Counted from the whole stretch's first letter, positions 26,181 to 39,640 are shown. The stretch: 63,980 nt of DNA, filler included, from Lama guanicoe (GCA_013239625.1; 80 parts of 77 records of this genome joined end to end with filler, not necessarily neighbours in it); one strand, 5' to 3'. Notes: generated from the letters alone by a model not told the origin. Numbers and translations: made by a program.

Positions 26181-26338
26181 GGTGATCTGAGCCGCCGCGT
26201 CCGCCGCGGTCCAGGAGCGCAGGTCCTCGTTCAGGGCGATGTAATCCTTGCCGTCGTAGGCGTACTGCGTGTACCCGCGGAGGAGGCGCCCGTCCGGCCC
26301 CACGTCGCAGCCGTACATCCTCTGGACGCTGTGAGACC
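26181..26338 (-). CDS. MHC class I heavy chain exon 3 (alpha-2 domain), 5' part
   Basis: After a CAG acceptor: [53 protein letters not shown], no stops. Confidence 0.97.
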
Positions 26339-26536
26339 CTGACCCCGCCCCGCCCCCCACAGTGATTAAACCTCAACTGAAAATGAAACCGGGTCAAGGT
26401 CCCGCCGGCTCTTCCCGGGTCGACGGCCGGGCGGGCCCCGCAATGTCGGGGTGACCCTCGGACCCGGAGACTCGGGGGCCCCCGGCCCGTCCCTGGGGAG
26501 GGGGTCGTGAGCTGGACCCGGGCCCGCGCCGCTCAC

Positions 26537-26663
26537 CGGCCTCGCTCTGGTTGTAGTAGACACGTTGTTCCCCTCGGTACCACTGTGCGGTGTCCTTGGC
26601 TCTCCGTGTGTTCTCTTCCCAGTACTCCGGCCCCTCCTGCTCCACCCACCGCGCCCGCGGCTC
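26537..26663 (-). CDS. MHC class I heavy chain exon 2 (alpha-1 domain), 3' part
   Basis: [42 protein letters not shown], then a GTGAG donor and a 198-nt GC-rich intron 2 (26339-26536). Confidence 0.96.
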
Positions 26664-26763
26664 NNNNNNNNNNNNNNNNNNNNNNNNNNNNNNNNNNNNN
26701 NNNNNNNTTAATTAATTAANNNNNNNNNNNNNNNNNNNNNNNNNNNNNNNNNNNNNNNNNNNN

Positions 26764-27229
26764 CTATTCTATATTCTATATTCTGTGTTATAATTTCTAT
26801 ATTCTAAATTCTTTATTCAGTATTCTATTTTCTATATTCTAAATTCTGTGGTCAACATTCTATATTCGAAATTCTATATTGAGTATTCTGTTTACTATAT
26901 TCTACATTCTGTGTTCTGCATTCCATGTTTTCATTTCTGGGTTTTGTATTCTGTATTCCATATTCTATATTCTGTGTTCTATATTCTATATTCTGTATTC
27001 AATATTCTGCATTCCGTATTCTATATTCTATATTCTGTATTCTACATTCTATATTCTAAATTCCATTTTAAGTATTATAATTCTATATTTTCTGTGTTCT
27101 ACATTCTATATTCTAAATTCGATATTCAGTATTCTGTATTCTGGAATCTAAATTTTGTGTTCTACATTCCATGTTCTTATTTCTGGGTTCTAATATTCTA
27201 TTCTATTTTCTATAATTTGGGTTCATCAT
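26764..27229 (+). repeat. Satellite A
   Basis: Heptamer array. Confidence 0.95.
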
Positions 27230-28221
27230 NNNNNNNNNNNNNNNNNNNNNNNNNNNNNNNNNNNNNNNNNNNNTTAATTAATTAANNNNNNNNNNNNNNN
27301 NNNNNNNNNNNNNNNNNNNNNNNNNNNNNCTTTCTGGTTATTTGAATGAGACCTTGGAAGAGAGGTGTTTGCTGTCTAATATCTTGATCCAAAAGACTCT
27401 GGAGGCCTTTTTCGGAATGGCTGTTCACTGATTTATTCAAAACACAACTTATCAATCAAGGAGTAGCTGTGCTTTTCTGCCAGGAGTTTGTGGTCACTCT
27501 CATGCCAGAACAGCTTTAAACTATATCCTTACTTTGGATTTGTTATTTTTCCCTACTTCCAACAAAATTGACTTTCCTTACTTTCTTGCCTTGAGGAATT
27601 TCTTTTTCCTCTTTCACCCTTTAGTAAACCAAGATTCTCAGGTTGGTCTAGGCCCATTATATGATCACCCATCCAACTCCTAGTGTGAGAGGCCTGGGGC
27701 TCACCTCCTGCCCTCCTGTCAAGGCAACTGAAAATCAGTTCAGGAGCCAACCAGCACACCACGGCTTCTAACGCTCACGTATCTCCCAGAATCCCTGCTT
27801 TCTCATTTGTCTTGGCTTCTGAGAATTTCCCCTCACTTTCTTGACAATTAGTTGTGCAGCTTGAAATATGAGGAAGGAAGGTTTTTATTTCTTAATCAGC
27901 ATTTTAAAGAACTTGTCTAATGAAGGTTTCTAAGAGTTTCTAGAACCCTCGATTGCCGAGACCGAAACCACACTAGACATTTTCTAAATTTAGCTCTCAT
28001 GTGCAGTTTTTCTTTGCTTTTGTTTTCTTAACTGCTAGCAGACATTATTTAATTAAAAAAAATAAGGCCCCCAAAATGATAGAACACTGAAGGGGCAAAC
28101 AAAATTAAAGGGCAAAGACAGNNNNNNNNNNNNNNNNNNNNNNNNNNNNNNNNNNNNNNNNNNNNTTAATTAATTAANNNNNNNNNNNNNNNNNNNNNNN
28201 NNNNNNNNNNNNNNNNNNNNN

Positions 28222-28978
28222 CTATATTCTATATTCTGTACTCAATATTCTGCATTCGGTATTCTACATTTCATATTCTACGTTCTATATTCTAAATTTT
28301 ATATTCAGTATTCTGTATTACATACTCTGAATTCTGTGTTCTGCATAACATGTTCTAAATTTTGGGTTCTGTATTCTGTTTTCCATATTCTATACTATGT
28401 GTCCTGCATTCTATATTCTGTATTGTGTATTATGCATGCCTTATTCTATATTCTGTGTTCTACATTCTATATTCTAAATTCTATATTCAGTATACTTTAT
28501 TCTATAGTCTAAATTCTCTGTTCTGCATTCCATTTCTTAATTCTGCGTTCTAAATTCTCTATTATATATTGTATATTTTGTGTTCTTCATTCTATATTCT
28601 ATATTCTATATTCTAAATTCCTTTGTTTATATTCTATATTCTGTCTTATTCATTCTATATTCTAAATTCTATATACATTATTCTGAATTCTATATTCTAA
28701 ATTCTGTGTTCTGCATTCTATATTCCATATTGTATATTCTGCATGCCGTATTCTATATTCAGTGTTCTACATTCTTTATTCTAAATTCTATATTCAGTAT
28801 CCTGTATTCTATATTCTAAATTCTGTGTTCTGCATTCCATGGTCTATATTTTGTGTTCCATATACTCTATTCTATGTTCTCTATTCTGTGTTCTACATTC
28901 TATATTCTGTACTCTATTTTCTGCATTCCATATTCTTTATTCTCTATTCTGTGTTCTACATTCTATATTCTAAATTCT
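28222..28978 (+). repeat. Satellite A
   Basis: Heptamer array. Confidence 0.95.
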
Positions 28979-29078
28979 NNNNNNNNNNNNNNNNNNNNNN
29001 NNNNNNNNNNNNNNNNNNNNNNTTAATTAATTAANNNNNNNNNNNNNNNNNNNNNNNNNNNNNNNNNNNNNNNNNNNN

Positions 29079-29850
29079 TGACCCCTGAAAAATGCGTGTG
29101 CTATGTTTCCCCACGTCCAGCAACACACGAAGAAGTGTTCTGGGGTTCTGAATGTGGGGAGGTTCCTCCAGCAGACAGCAGCACCTGGGTTGTAATAGAA
29201 TCCCTTAGCTTGACTTCCCTAAGTGTTTTCCTAGGCCTAGCAGTAAGCGATGGTGGGGGATGGGCAAAGCCACGTATTAGCGAGTGCGTCTCTGTGGGTA
29301 GTGGAGGGTTTTAAACTACTTCCCCAACCTTGGAACACCTGTGCCCCATAAAGTTGCGCGGAATCTGTTTCCCCAACTCCAACACACACACGGAGATGTG
29401 CTCAGGTATCCTGATTGTGGGGAGGCTCCTCCAAATGACAGCAGCCCCTGGGTTCTAAAATAATCCCTTAGCTTGTCTTCCCTGATGGCATGCCTAGGCT
29501 GGAGCGTGGGGGAAAGTGGGGGTTGGGCTCTAAACCAAGTATTAGTGAGAGCCTATCTATGGGATGTGGGTTTTTAACCTACAACCCACAACCATGGAAT
29601 AAATGTGCTCTCTGAAAGATTCTTTGACTGTTTCCCTACATCCAGCACACACACGAAGATGTGTTCTGGTATTCTGAGTGTGGGGAAGTTCCTCAAACTG
29701 ACAGCCGCACCTGGGTTCTATTAGTATCCCTTAGCTTCTGTTCACTGATTGTTCTTTTAGATCAGGCCATGAGGTAAAGCTGGGGGTTGGGCTTCGAGGA
29801 GACGTAGCAGTGAGTGTCCCCTGATCCATTGAGGAAGTACTTAGAGGACT
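29079..29850 (-). repeat. Satellite B, three diverged monomers
   Basis: TGTGGGGA anchor at 29153, 29416 and 29679, giving a period of 263. Confidence 0.93.
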
Positions 29851-29950
29851 NNNNNNNNNNNNNNNNNNNNNNNNNNNNNNNNNNNNNNNNNNNNTTAATT
29901 AATTAANNNNNNNNNNNNNNNNNNNNNNNNNNNNNNNNNNNNNNNNNNNN

Positions 29951-31113
29951 ACCCACAGAGATGCACTCGCTAATACTTAGCTTTAGAGCCCATCCCCCAG
30001 CATCGATTACTGCTACGCCTAGGAATACACTTAGGGAAGTCAAGCTAAGGGATTCTATTACAACCCAGGTGCTGCTGTCTGTTGGAGGAACCTCCCCACA
30101 CTCAGAACCCCAGAACACTTCTTCCTGTGTGTGCTGGNNNNNNNNNNNNNNNNNNNNNNNNNNNNNNNNNNNNNNNNNNNNNNNNNNNNNNNNNNNNNNN
30201 NNNNNNNNNNNNNNNNNNNNNNNNNNNNNNNNNNNNNNNNNNNNNNNNNNNNNNNNNNNNNNNNNNNNNNNNNNNNNNNNNNNNNNNNNNNNNNNNNNNN
30301 NNNNNNNNNNNNNNNNNNNNNNNNNNNNNNNNNNNNNNNNNNNNNNNNNNNNNNNNNNNNNNNNNNNNNNNNNNNNNNNNNNNNNNNNNNNNNNNNNNNN
30401 NNNNNNNNNNNNNNNNNAACTCCACGCAATGAATGGGTGCTCAGTTGTTTCCCTTTATGGAGAATTCATCTAAATACTTCCTCAGTCCATCGGGGACACT
30501 CGCTACTATTTGGCCTCAAAGCCCAACCCCCAGGTTTCTCTCAGAGTCAGTCCTAGGGAAACACTCAGGGATAACAAGCTAAGGGTTTCTATTAGAACCC
30601 AGCCGCTTCTGTCTCTTGAATTGCCAGCCCACACTCAGGATAGCAGAAAACCTCTTCATGTGTGTTCTGGTGGTGGGGATACAGAGTCCACGCTTTTTTC
30701 AAGGAGCACAGGTATTCCCATGTTGTGGGCTTTTGGTTAATAACCTCCAAATCCCATGGAGAAGCACTCGCTAATACTTGGATTTAGAGCCCAACCCACC
30801 CTTTCCCCAGCACTCCGTATCAGGCAACCAAACAGGGTAGACAAGTTAAGCGATTTTATAAGNNNNNNNNNNNNNNNNNNNNNNNNNNNNNNNNNNNNNN
30901 NNNNNNNNNNNNNNNNNNNNNNNNNNNNNNNNNNNNNNNNNNNNNNNNNNNNNNNNNNNNNNNNNNNNNNNNNNNNNNNNNNNNNNNNNNNNNNNNNNNN
31001 NTAAACACCTCACCATAGAGAAGTCATCGCAAATAATTGGTTTCGGAGCGCAAACCACACTTTGCCCCGCACTCCCGCCTAGGTTTTCCATCAGGGAAGA
31101 CAAGCAAAGGGAT
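29951..31113 (+). repeat. Satellite B
   Basis: Matches 4025-4830 and the reverse complement of 29079-29300. Confidence 0.93.
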
Positions 31114-31213
31114 NNNNNNNNNNNNNNNNNNNNNNNNNNNNNNNNNNNNNNNNNNNNTTAATTAATTAANNNNNNNNNNNNNNNNNNNNNNNNNNNNNNN
31201 NNNNNNNNNNNNN

Positions 31214-31687
31214 GCTTGTAATCCCTGAGTGTTTCCCAAGGACTGACTCTGAGAGAAACCTGTGGGTTGGGCTTTGAGGCCAAATAATAGCGAGTACCCC
31301 CCGATGGACTGAGGAAGTATTTAGATGAATTCTCCATAAAGGGAAACACCTGAGCACCCATTCATCTGCGTGGAGTGGGGCTTCAAATCTCCCCACCACA
31401 CAAGGTTGTGTTCCAGTATCCTGAGGGTGACTCCTTCAAATGACCAGTGCCACGGTTTTAATAAATCCCTTTGCTTGTCTTCCCTGATGGTTTGCCTGGG
31501 CCAGTGTGTGTTTGAAAGTCGGATTTGGGCTCTAAAACTAAGTATCAGCGTGTGCCTCTCCATGGGTAGAGGAGATGTTTAAACTACAACGCACATCATG
31601 GGAATTACTGTGACACCTGGAAAATGCCGGTTCTTTGTTTCCCCACCTCCAGCACACACAAGAAGTTTTCTGGTATCCTGAGTGTGG
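31214..31687 (-). repeat. Satellite B
   Basis: Reverse complement of about 4050-4520. Confidence 0.93.
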
Positions 31688-31787
31688 NNNNNNNNNNNNN
31701 NNNNNNNNNNNNNNNNNNNNNNNNNNNNNNNTTAATTAATTAANNNNNNNNNNNNNNNNNNNNNNNNNNNNNNNNNNNNNNNNNNNN

Positions 31788-32690
31788 AAGCTGAATATAG
31801 TATTTAGATTATAGAATGCAGAACACAGAATTTAGAGAATAGAATATAGATTATAGATCCCAGAATTTAGAACATGGAATGCAGAACACAGAATTTAGAA
31901 TATAGCATACGGAATGCTGAATATAGAATTTAGAATACAGAATGAAGAACACAGAATATTGTNNNNNNNNNNNNNNNNNNNNNNNNNNNNNNNNNNNNNN
32001 NNNNNNNNNNNNNNNNNNNNNNNNNNNNNNNNNNNNNNNNNNNNNNNNNNNNNNNNNNNNNNNNNNNNNNNNNNNNNNNNNNNNNNNNNNNNNNNNNNNN
32101 NNNNNNNNNNNNNNNNNNNNNNNNNNNNNNNNNNNNNNNNNNNNNNNNNNNNNNNNNNNNNNNNNNNNNNNNNNNNNNNNNNNNNNNNNNNNNNNNNNNN
32201 NNNNNNNNNNNNNNNNNNNNNNNNNNNNNNNNNNNNNNNNNNNNNNNNNNNNNNNNNNNNNNNNNNNNNNNNNNNNNNNNNNNNNNNNNNNNNNNNNNNA
32301 TTTAGAACATAGAATGCGGAAAACAGATTTTAGAATATAGAATACAGAATACTGAATATAGAATTTAGAACGGGGAATGCAGAACCAATTATTTAGAAAA
32401 TAGAATACAGAATACTGAATATAGAATTTAGAATAAAGAATGAGGAACGCAGAATATAGAATATACAATAAAGAATATTGAACCCAGGATTTAGAACATG
32501 GAATGCAGAACACAGAATTCAAATTATAGAATACAGAATAATGAAGATATAATTTAGAATATAGAATTTAGAACACAATATAAAGAATATAGAATACGGA
32601 ATGAAGAATATTGAATGGTGAATATAGAATGAAGAAAACAAAATATAGAATATGGAATAGAGAATATAGAAGACAGAATTTAGAACATGG
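31788..32690 (-). repeat. Satellite A
   Basis: Heptamer array. Confidence 0.95.
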
Positions 32691-33747
32691 NNNNNNNNNN
32701 NNNNNNNNNNNNNNNNNNNNNNNNNNNNNNNNNNTTAATTAATTAANNNNNNNNNNNNNNNNNNNNNNNNNNNNNNNNNNNNNNNNNNNNAAGAGAGAGT
32801 TAACCAGGGACAGAGAAGTCGCAGGTCCTAGTCAAAAGTATCATGAGGCAAAATGTTCCTCAAAGGCTCAGAGTGGCTTCTGATCACGGAGTCCTCAGGG
32901 AGGAAGTGACAGGCAGTGAGTGGGGTGAGTGATAAAGGGTACACTCCCCCAGCTGGGGAAGAATAGATTTTTTTCTAGTTTTCCAAACAATTTCTTACTA
33001 CCTTTTTCTCTTATTGTCACATACCATTTCCTACGAATTAAGCATATCAATGTCAGTCATTTGGGCCACTTGGGAGAAGCTACACAGTGCCATTCACAGG
33101 ACTGGGGCATGACAGCCACACCAGTCTAGGTTGAAAGACCAGTGAGGGTATTTCCAAGGAAATCACGGGCATGCAGCAAACTCCCCAGCTTCAATGACCT
33201 CATTTCAAAGCTGGGGCAAATAAAACTACCAAGCAAAGTGTGTGATGATTATGGCCGACATCTGTTTACTAGGTAAGTGCCCGTGACAGCTGCCGCTTAA
33301 TGGGGAATGAGTACGATCAATGAGGCCCTGTCTACCTGGCCANNNNNNNNNNNNNNNNNNNNNNNNNNNNNNNNNNNNNNNNNNNNNNNNNNNNNNNNNN
33401 NNNNNNNNNNNNNNNNNNNNNNNNNNNNNGCTCCCAGCTAAACGAGACTTGTTCCTTTCCTTCTCAGAGCTGATCACAGTTTGCTGTCGTCTCTTTTTAT
33501 GTTTATCCCTTTTGTAACTGCCTCTCCTCCGGAGTTTTTGATCAAGCAGCAGAGGGCCAGGTATGTCTTGTGGCCTGCCGGATATTCTGGGCTGGGAGAC
33601 AGCCTACCCCACATCTGGCTCTGGTGCTGAACAGAGAGGGCACAAGGNNNNNNNNNNNNNNNNNNNNNNNNNNNNNNNNNNNNNNNNNNNNTTAATTAAT
33701 TAANNNNNNNNNNNNNNNNNNNNNNNNNNNNNNNNNNNNNNNNNNNN

Positions 33748-34555
33748 AGAACAATTCTTCCTGTGTGTGCTGGGCGTGGGGAAACAGCACACGCATCTTT
33801 CAGGGGTCTCAGTAATCCCCAAGTTGTGGGTATATTTTAAACATCTCCACTACCCATGGAGAGGCACACGCTAATACTTAGTTTTAGATCCCAAATCCCA
33901 CTTTCAACCACACACTGGCCTAGGCAAACCATCAGGGAAGACAAGCAAAGGGATTCTATTCAAACCAAGACGCTGATGTCAGTTGNNNNNNNNNNNNNNN
34001 NNNNNNNNNNNNNNNNNNNNNNNNNNNNNNNNNNNNNNNNNNNNNNNNNNNNNNNNNNNNNNNNNNNNNNNNNNNNNNNNNNNNNNNNNNNNNNNNNNNN
34101 NNNNNNNNNNNNNNNNNNNNNNNNNNNNNNNNNNNNNNNNNNNNNNNNNNNNNNNNNNNNNNNNNNNNNNNNNNNNNNNNNNNNNNNNNNNNNNNNNNNN
34201 NNNNNNNNNNNNNNNNNNNNNNNNNNNNNNNNNNNNNNNNNNNNNNNNNNNNNNNNNNNNNNNNNNNNNNNNNNNNNNNNNNNNNNNNNNNNNNNNNNNN
34301 NNNNNNNNNNNNNNNNNNNNNNNNNNNNNNGCTTTTTTCAAGGAGCACAGGTATTCCCATGTTGTGGGCTTTTGGTTAATAACCTCCAAATCCCATGGAG
34401 AAGCACTCGCTAATACTTGGATTTAGAGCCCAACCCACCCTTTCCCCAGCACCCCGTATCAGGCAACCCAACAGGGTAGACAAGTTAAACGATTTTATAA
34501 GAACCTAGGCCATGCTCTCAGTTGGAGGAGGCTGCCCACTCTCAGGATAACTGTG
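33748..34555 (+). repeat. Satellite B
   Basis: Matches 4065-4229 and 30692-30862. Confidence 0.93.
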
Positions 34556-34655
34556 NNNNNNNNNNNNNNNNNNNNNNNNNNNNNNNNNNNNNNNNNNNNT
34601 TAATTAATTAANNNNNNNNNNNNNNNNNNNNNNNNNNNNNNNNNNNNNNNNNNNN

Positions 34656-35432
34656 TCCCAAACTCATTCTATGAAGCCACAATCACCCTGATATCCAAAC
34701 CAGGTCAAGACACCACCAAAAAAGGGAATTACAGACCAATATCACTGATGAACACAGATGCAAAAAGTCCTAACCAAAATACTAGCAAATAGAATCCAAC
34801 AGCACAGAGAAAATATTATACATCATGCTCAAATGGGGTTCATCTCAGGGACAGAACGGTGGTTCAACACATGCAAATCAATCAATGTAATACTTCACAT
34901 CAACAAGAGAAAGGACAAAAACCACATGATCATCTCAATAGATGCAGAAAAGCTTTTGATAAAATTCAACACCCATTTATACTTTTGATAAAATTCAACA
35001 CCCATTTATTATAAAAATTCTCACCCAAGTGGGTATTGAGGGAACATATCTCAACATCATAAAAGCTATATATGACAAACCTACAGCCAGCATAGCACTC
35101 AATGGTGAAAAACTCAAAACATTCCCACTAAAATCTGGGACAAGACAAGGATGCCCACTATCACCACTCCTATTCAACATAGTCTTGGAAGTCCTGTCCA
35201 CAACAATCAGGCAAGTAAGAGAAGTAAAAGGGGTCTAAATTGGAAAAGAAGGGGTAAAAGTGTCATTATATGCAGATGACACCATACTTAATATAGAAAA
35301 CCCTAAAAGGTCCACACAAAAACTACTAAAGCTGATCGAAGAATTCAGCAAAGTTGCAGGTTACAAGAATAATGTTCAAAAATCAGTTGCATTTCTGTAC
35401 AATAATGATGAATCAACAGAAAAAGAAAGTAA
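34656..35432 (+). mobile_element. L1 ORF2 reverse transcriptase core, disrupted
   Basis: [21 protein letters not shown] and SLYADD motifs; one stop codon and a 29-bp duplication. Confidence 0.98.
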
Positions 35433-37287
35433 NNNNNNNNNNNNNNNNNNNNNNNNNNNNNNNNNNNNNNNNNNNNTTAATTAATTAANNNNNNNNNNNN
35501 NNNNNNNNNNNNNNNNNNNNNNNNNNNNNNNNCAGATCCTCTGTCTAACTGCCTTCTGTTCATGGGAAAACGAGTCCGGTAGGGTGGGGCTCCCAAGTCC
35601 TCCCTCCCTCCCTCACAGGTGATTGTGACAAACTTCTCCCCACTCCTCACTCCAACTCTAGCTTCTGAGGAGTCTACCCTCCCGGACCCTGCAGACTCTG
35701 CACCTTCCCAAGATGCACACTTGGCCATGACCCTCCCTTCAGATTTCTTCCTGGCTGGTCCTGCCCAGCCCCCGGCCCNNNNNNNNNNNNNNNNNNNNNN
35801 NNNNNNNNNNNNNNNNNNNNNNNNNNNNNNNNNNNNNNNNNNNNNNNNNNNNNNNNNNNNNNNNNNNNNNNNNNNNNNNNNNNNNNNNNNNNNNNNNNNN
35901 NNNNNNNNNNNNNNNNNNNNNNNNNNNNNNNNNNNNNNNNNNNNNNNNNNNNNNNNNNNNNNNNNNNNNNNNNNNNNNNNNNNNNNNNNNNNNNNNNNNN
36001 NNNNNNNNNNNNNNNNNNNNNNNNNNNNNNNNNNNNNNNNNNNNNNNNNNNNATGTCCACCATTTACTCTGGAATTCCATTCCTGGCAGGTATCTCCCAG
36101 ACTCCCCATTTTAGTAACAGCCCCAGCACCCAACGAGGTGTCTGAGGTCACATTCAATTTCCACTGTTCCCTCCCCCCAGCCCTGCCCTGGAATCAGTCC
36201 TGTTATTTCTGTCAATAAGCCCATATCAAGTGTGGTTCTGCAGGGACCATGGCCGGAAACACACAAACTCACAGCATGGTGCACTAACAGTCCTCCGTAG
36301 GGTGCTCCCTGGAGGGGGAGGCATCTCCTGCCGCTGTTCACCTCAGAAGGCACTGGATTCTCACACAGGAGGCCCAGGAGGAGGGACTCAAGTTTCTCCC
36401 GTGGTCTGAGCTTTGAAGGGCCCGAGGTCTGGGGGAGCTCCTAATTAGCAGACACACTTGCCAGTGAGCAGATGAGGATGGGGGAACCCAGACAAGGCTG
36501 TTCTCACTCCAACTCCTGGGCTCTCAGGGGCCACGGGAAAGGCCTGTGTCCAAGGTACAGCCTGGCCTTCACAGATCTCAGCCTGCATTTGCCAACCCGG
36601 ACAGCCTAGACTCCATCTACTTGTGACACTTACTTCTGTTCTGTTCCCCACCCAGAATGTGATGGACTCATTCAGATATTCTGGCCTGTCTCAAGCGAGA
36701 CAAATTCAGTGAAAAATGAAGTGTCCACATTTGGACCAGAGCNNNNNNNNNNNNNNNNNNNNNNNNNNNNNNNNNNNNNNNNNNNNTTAATTAATTAANN
36801 NNNNNNNNNNNNNNNNNNNNNNNNNNNNNNNNNNNNNNNNNNTCACTGGGCAGTACAAGTGAAAAAGGAATAAAGAAAAAGGAAAAGAGGAACAAGAGAA
36901 AATTAGAAACACACAAGAACAAAAATGATTTTGACTGCATGTACAAGAATTTACGTGAGTGTGTGAGGTCAGGGACGCGGGGATGGTGAGACCCACCCTC
37001 ACCTCCTGCTCCAGGGAAAGCAGGGGCCTGAGGGGAGCGGCGCTGCCAGGGGACCACAACGTGTTCAGCGCCCCTAACAAAAATTCCACCTACAAGCGTC
37101 TAGGCAACTTTTGAGCTACAAATTTTGGTCGCATTTAGGTCTGGACAGATTTACACACTTCCACCAAGAGTAGCAGGAGAGAATGAGNNNNNNNNNNNNN
37201 NNNNNNNNNNNNNNNNNNNNNNNNNNNNNNNTTAATTAATTAANNNNNNNNNNNNNNNNNNNNNNNNNNNNNNNNNNNNNNNNNNNN

Positions 37288-38097
37288 AAAGTGGGAAAAT
37301 AAAGATCAAGGGAGAAAGAATTGAAGTAAAGATTAAGAAATAGAAAAAAATTAATCAAACTGTTTCTTGAAATAGTCAACAAATCTGACAAAACTCAGTA
37401 CAGGCTCACCAACAAGAAAAGAGGGAGAACACAAATAACATAAGAAATGAAAATGGGAAAAATACAAAGAGTACATGAAATTTGCAAAATATCTTAAGGG
37501 TATACCATGAGGAACTGCATGGAAACCAACTGGAAAACCTAGAAGAAATGGAGAAGTTTCAGGAAACATTCAGCCCACCATTATTGCATCAAGAGGAAAT
37601 TGAACATTTGAACAGACAGTTCACAAGAAATGGAATAGTATTATCAATAAAATAAAAAAAACTCTGCAAACAAAATTCAGACCCAAATAGCTTCACTGGG
37701 GAATTTGACCAAACATACAAAGAAAAATCCATACCAGTCCTCCTCAAACACTTTCAAAATTTTGATATGGNNNNNNNNNNNNNNNNNNNNNNNNNNNNNN
37801 NNNNNNNNNNNNNNNNNNNNNNNNNNNNNNNNNNNNNNNNNNNNNNNNNNNNNNNNNNNNNNNNNNNNNNNNNNNNNNNNNNNNNNNNNNNNNNNNNNNN
37901 NNNNNNNNNNNNNNNNNNNNNNNNNNNNNNNNNNNNNNNNNNNNNNNNNNNNNNNNNNNNNNNNNNNNNNNNNNNNNNNNNNNNNNNNNNNNNGTGTAAC
38001 ATAATCAATCAATCAGTTGTGATACACCATATCAAAAAAAGAGAGGACAAAAACCACATGATAATCTCAGCAGAAAGAAAAAACATTTGAAAACATT
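37288..38097 (+). mobile_element. Degenerate L1 ORF2
   Basis: AACCTAGAAGAAATGG, GCTTCACTGGGGAATT and ACAAAAACCACATGAT. Confidence 0.9.
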
Positions 38098-39469
38098 NNN
38101 NNNNNNNNNNNNNNNNNNNNNNNNNNNNNNNNNNNNNNNNNTTAATTAATTAANNNNNNNNNNNNNNNNNNNNNNNNNNNNNNNNNNNNNNNNNNNNTAG
38201 TCGAGAAAACTGCAGTACGCATTGTCTCTCTGGGTGCTCACTTTTTTCCTGGTCCTCTGAGCATAGAGCAAGGATTTTGCCGCTGAGAGAGTGATAACAG
38301 ATTTGGAGGGCAGTGGGCTGGGAGTCTCTGCGGGAATGGAAACACCTTTGATGACACCATCAGGAGGTGGTGGCACGCTGTTGGGAAAGGTAGTTGTGAG
38401 AGTAAGGAGTCTGGGCAGGTCCTAGACGTTCAAGCTGTGCTGTGTGCAGTGCCCTACCCAGACCGGTGCTGATCACTTAGACAGCGCGTAGACAGTGCCT
38501 GGCTGGGTAGAGCAGCGGTCAGCACGAACGACGTCAGTGTTGGTCTCTCGGGCAGAGTTGAGGGTGGAGCCGTAGGGGTCACTGAGGCGCCTGCCGTGAG
38601 GCTCCGAGGTCCTTGGTCGCAGTGGATCTGTGGCATTCTNNNNNNNNNNNNNNNNNNNNNNNNNNNNNNNNNNNNNNNNNNNNNNNNNNNNNNNNNNNNN
38701 NNNNNNNNNNNNNNNNNNNNNNNNNNNNNNNNNNNNNNNNNNNNNNNNNNNNNNNNNNNNNNNNNGTCCCATCTTGAACAGTGTGTGTGTGTACCGGTGG
38801 GGAAGGGAAAGACTATTCCTGTGGGAAGCAGAGAGATCTGAAACGAGGTTTTGCTCTCTGGGTCCTGACCCTTCTGAGTTTGTACATAGAGCAGGCGAGG
38901 ACTTCCTAGTGAGGGAGGGATGCAAGTTTGAGGGAAGTGGGCGAACATTTTGGAGGCCCGTGGAAAGCCCAGGATGTGCAGTCGTCAGGACGTGGTGGGA
39001 AGAAAGATAGAGCCAGGATATAGAGCGGGAAGTCGGCTAAGTTCGTCCCATACTTCATGGCCATGCTGTGTGCGGTGCACAACCCGGAGAGGGACTGTTC
39101 GATTGGACTTCGGGTGAACGGGGCTTCCCCAGGTAGAGCAAGGCTCACGAGAACATCAGTCGTGCTGGTCTATGGGCCACNNNNNNNNNNNNNNNNNNNN
39201 NNNNNNNNNNNNNNNNNNNNNNNNTTAATTAATTAANNNNNNNNNNNNNNNNNNNNNNNNNNNNNNNNNNNNNNNNNNNNAATAAATATAAGTACAGCCT
39301 CCATGCACGGTGTGCCGTGTGATTTAGCAATATCTGTGTCAGGCTTTCATCCCAGAAATCCTAATCCTCTCACTGAATTACTGAGTTCCCTGAAGCCTTC
39401 AGAAAACTGGAATAAAAAACTAAAAAAAACAAAAAAACAAAAAAACAAAAAACAAGACCCTGACAAGAG

Positions 39470-39640
39470 ACCCAATTTAGTCAACATTTACTTTCACGTA
39501 TTTATCAATCACTTGCTAAATGCCAGGCACAGTGCTACCTGTCGCTGTGAGAGACACAGCGATGAACAGAATAAGGCTGCTTGTCTTCTAAGAGTCAGAA
39601 AGTGAGGCGAAGTATGTTCACAAATAGCTATAATCTAGGA
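39470..39640 (-). mobile_element. L2 3' end
   Basis: TATTTATCAATCACTTGCTAAATGCCAGGCACAGTGCT...ACAGCGATGAACAG. Confidence 0.65.

Noticed and set aside
39097..39113. CENP-B-box-like TTCGATTGGACTTCGGG, and a search for CENP-B boxes in satellites B-D
   Set aside because: Spacing does not fit TTCGnnnnAnnCGGG, and I saw no proper box in the satellites.
39049..39150. Faint U1 snRNA resemblance (ATACTT..TGGC)
   Set aside because: Spacing is wrong, and there is no Sm site or sustained identity.
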